Source: a virus (lineage: Duplodnaviria > Caudoviricetes). Taken from it: DNA of 60,251 nucleotides. Of the stretch, positions 59,965-60,251 are shown in pieces (position 1 is the first letter of the stretch; every line of letters starts with the position of its first letter). The stretch lies in IMG/VR virus record IMGVR_UViG_3300042478_002844, positions 1 through 60,251 of that record. One strand, given 5' to 3'. The position numbers and the translations under genes are program-made. Below the pieces are notes generated by a model, which did not search any database, was not told the origin of the DNA, and was given only the letters and a program-made list of their open reading frames with translations.

Positions 59965-60251
59965 TAGCGCCTCCGTTCATCCTTTCTTTAATTCTCTCTG
60001 TCATCCAAGCGCCAACTGCCTGCGGATGGACACATCTATTGTACCAGTCAACAGTTGCATCACTGATCTTCTGAAGCCTCTCTGGATCTGCAATAAGCTC
60101 ATCTATGATCGATAGATCACTCCAATCATCCATCATAATGCCAGGAAAATCCTTGTAATACCAAACGTCCTTTGGGAAAGGGTGGCTTCTTCCGTTTCCA
60201 ACAAGAAGAACACATCCGCACCTTGCTGCTTCAAATATCCTGAAAGACTCA
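59951..60251 (-). CDS. Glycosyltransferase-like protein, C-terminal part (start beyond window)
   Basis: Frame open to the window edge: ESFRIFEAARCGCVLL...DDWSDL (GT47/GT1_2-like). Confidence 0.7.
   Translation of the reverse strand, partial: ESFRIFEAARCGCVLLVGNGRSHPFPKDVWYYKDFPGIMMDDWSDLSIIDELIADPERLQKISDATVDWYNRCVHPQAVGAWMTERIKERMNGGANELV

Overview
This window is a gene-dense, AT-rich segment of a large (jumbo-type) dsDNA bacteriophage, read in genetic code 11. Host-like genes (PSPG/PEP-CTERM-type sorting tails, a subtilase with a Phycisphaerae-type dockerin-like tail, a FliA/WhiG-like sigma factor, a TIGR03790-like protein) point to a Planctomycetota host; this is inference. Recognisable genes: collagen-like fibre (runs off the left end, absent from the ORF track), ABC/SMC-like ATPase, dUTPase, class II ribonucleotide reductase, HNH nuclease, ThyX, Fe/Mn SOD, several glycosyltransferase-like proteins, LysM muramidase, SNF2-like helicase, pterin dehydratase, flavodoxin-like protein, P-loop kinase, outer-membrane beta-barrel, two ParB-N-like proteins and a degenerate D-2-hydroxyacid dehydrogenase. 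The most striking structure is that about 30 otherwise unrelated proteins carry one of three short leader peptides (MNWYKxA/S; S/T-x-x-x-W-x3-G-x3-G-W; MIKFAW..GW) and/or a K-x-A/S junction in front of the cargo domain. This looks like a capsid-targeting plus protease-maturation code for proteins injected with the genome. It is accompanied by a paralogous glycine-zipper family, a recurrent AGG-N20/21-AATA promoter-like motif, several unannotated micro-ORFs and two structured non-coding elements. No CRISPR array, rRNA, canonical tRNA or IS element was found. Family names come from motif recognition and recall, not from database searches.
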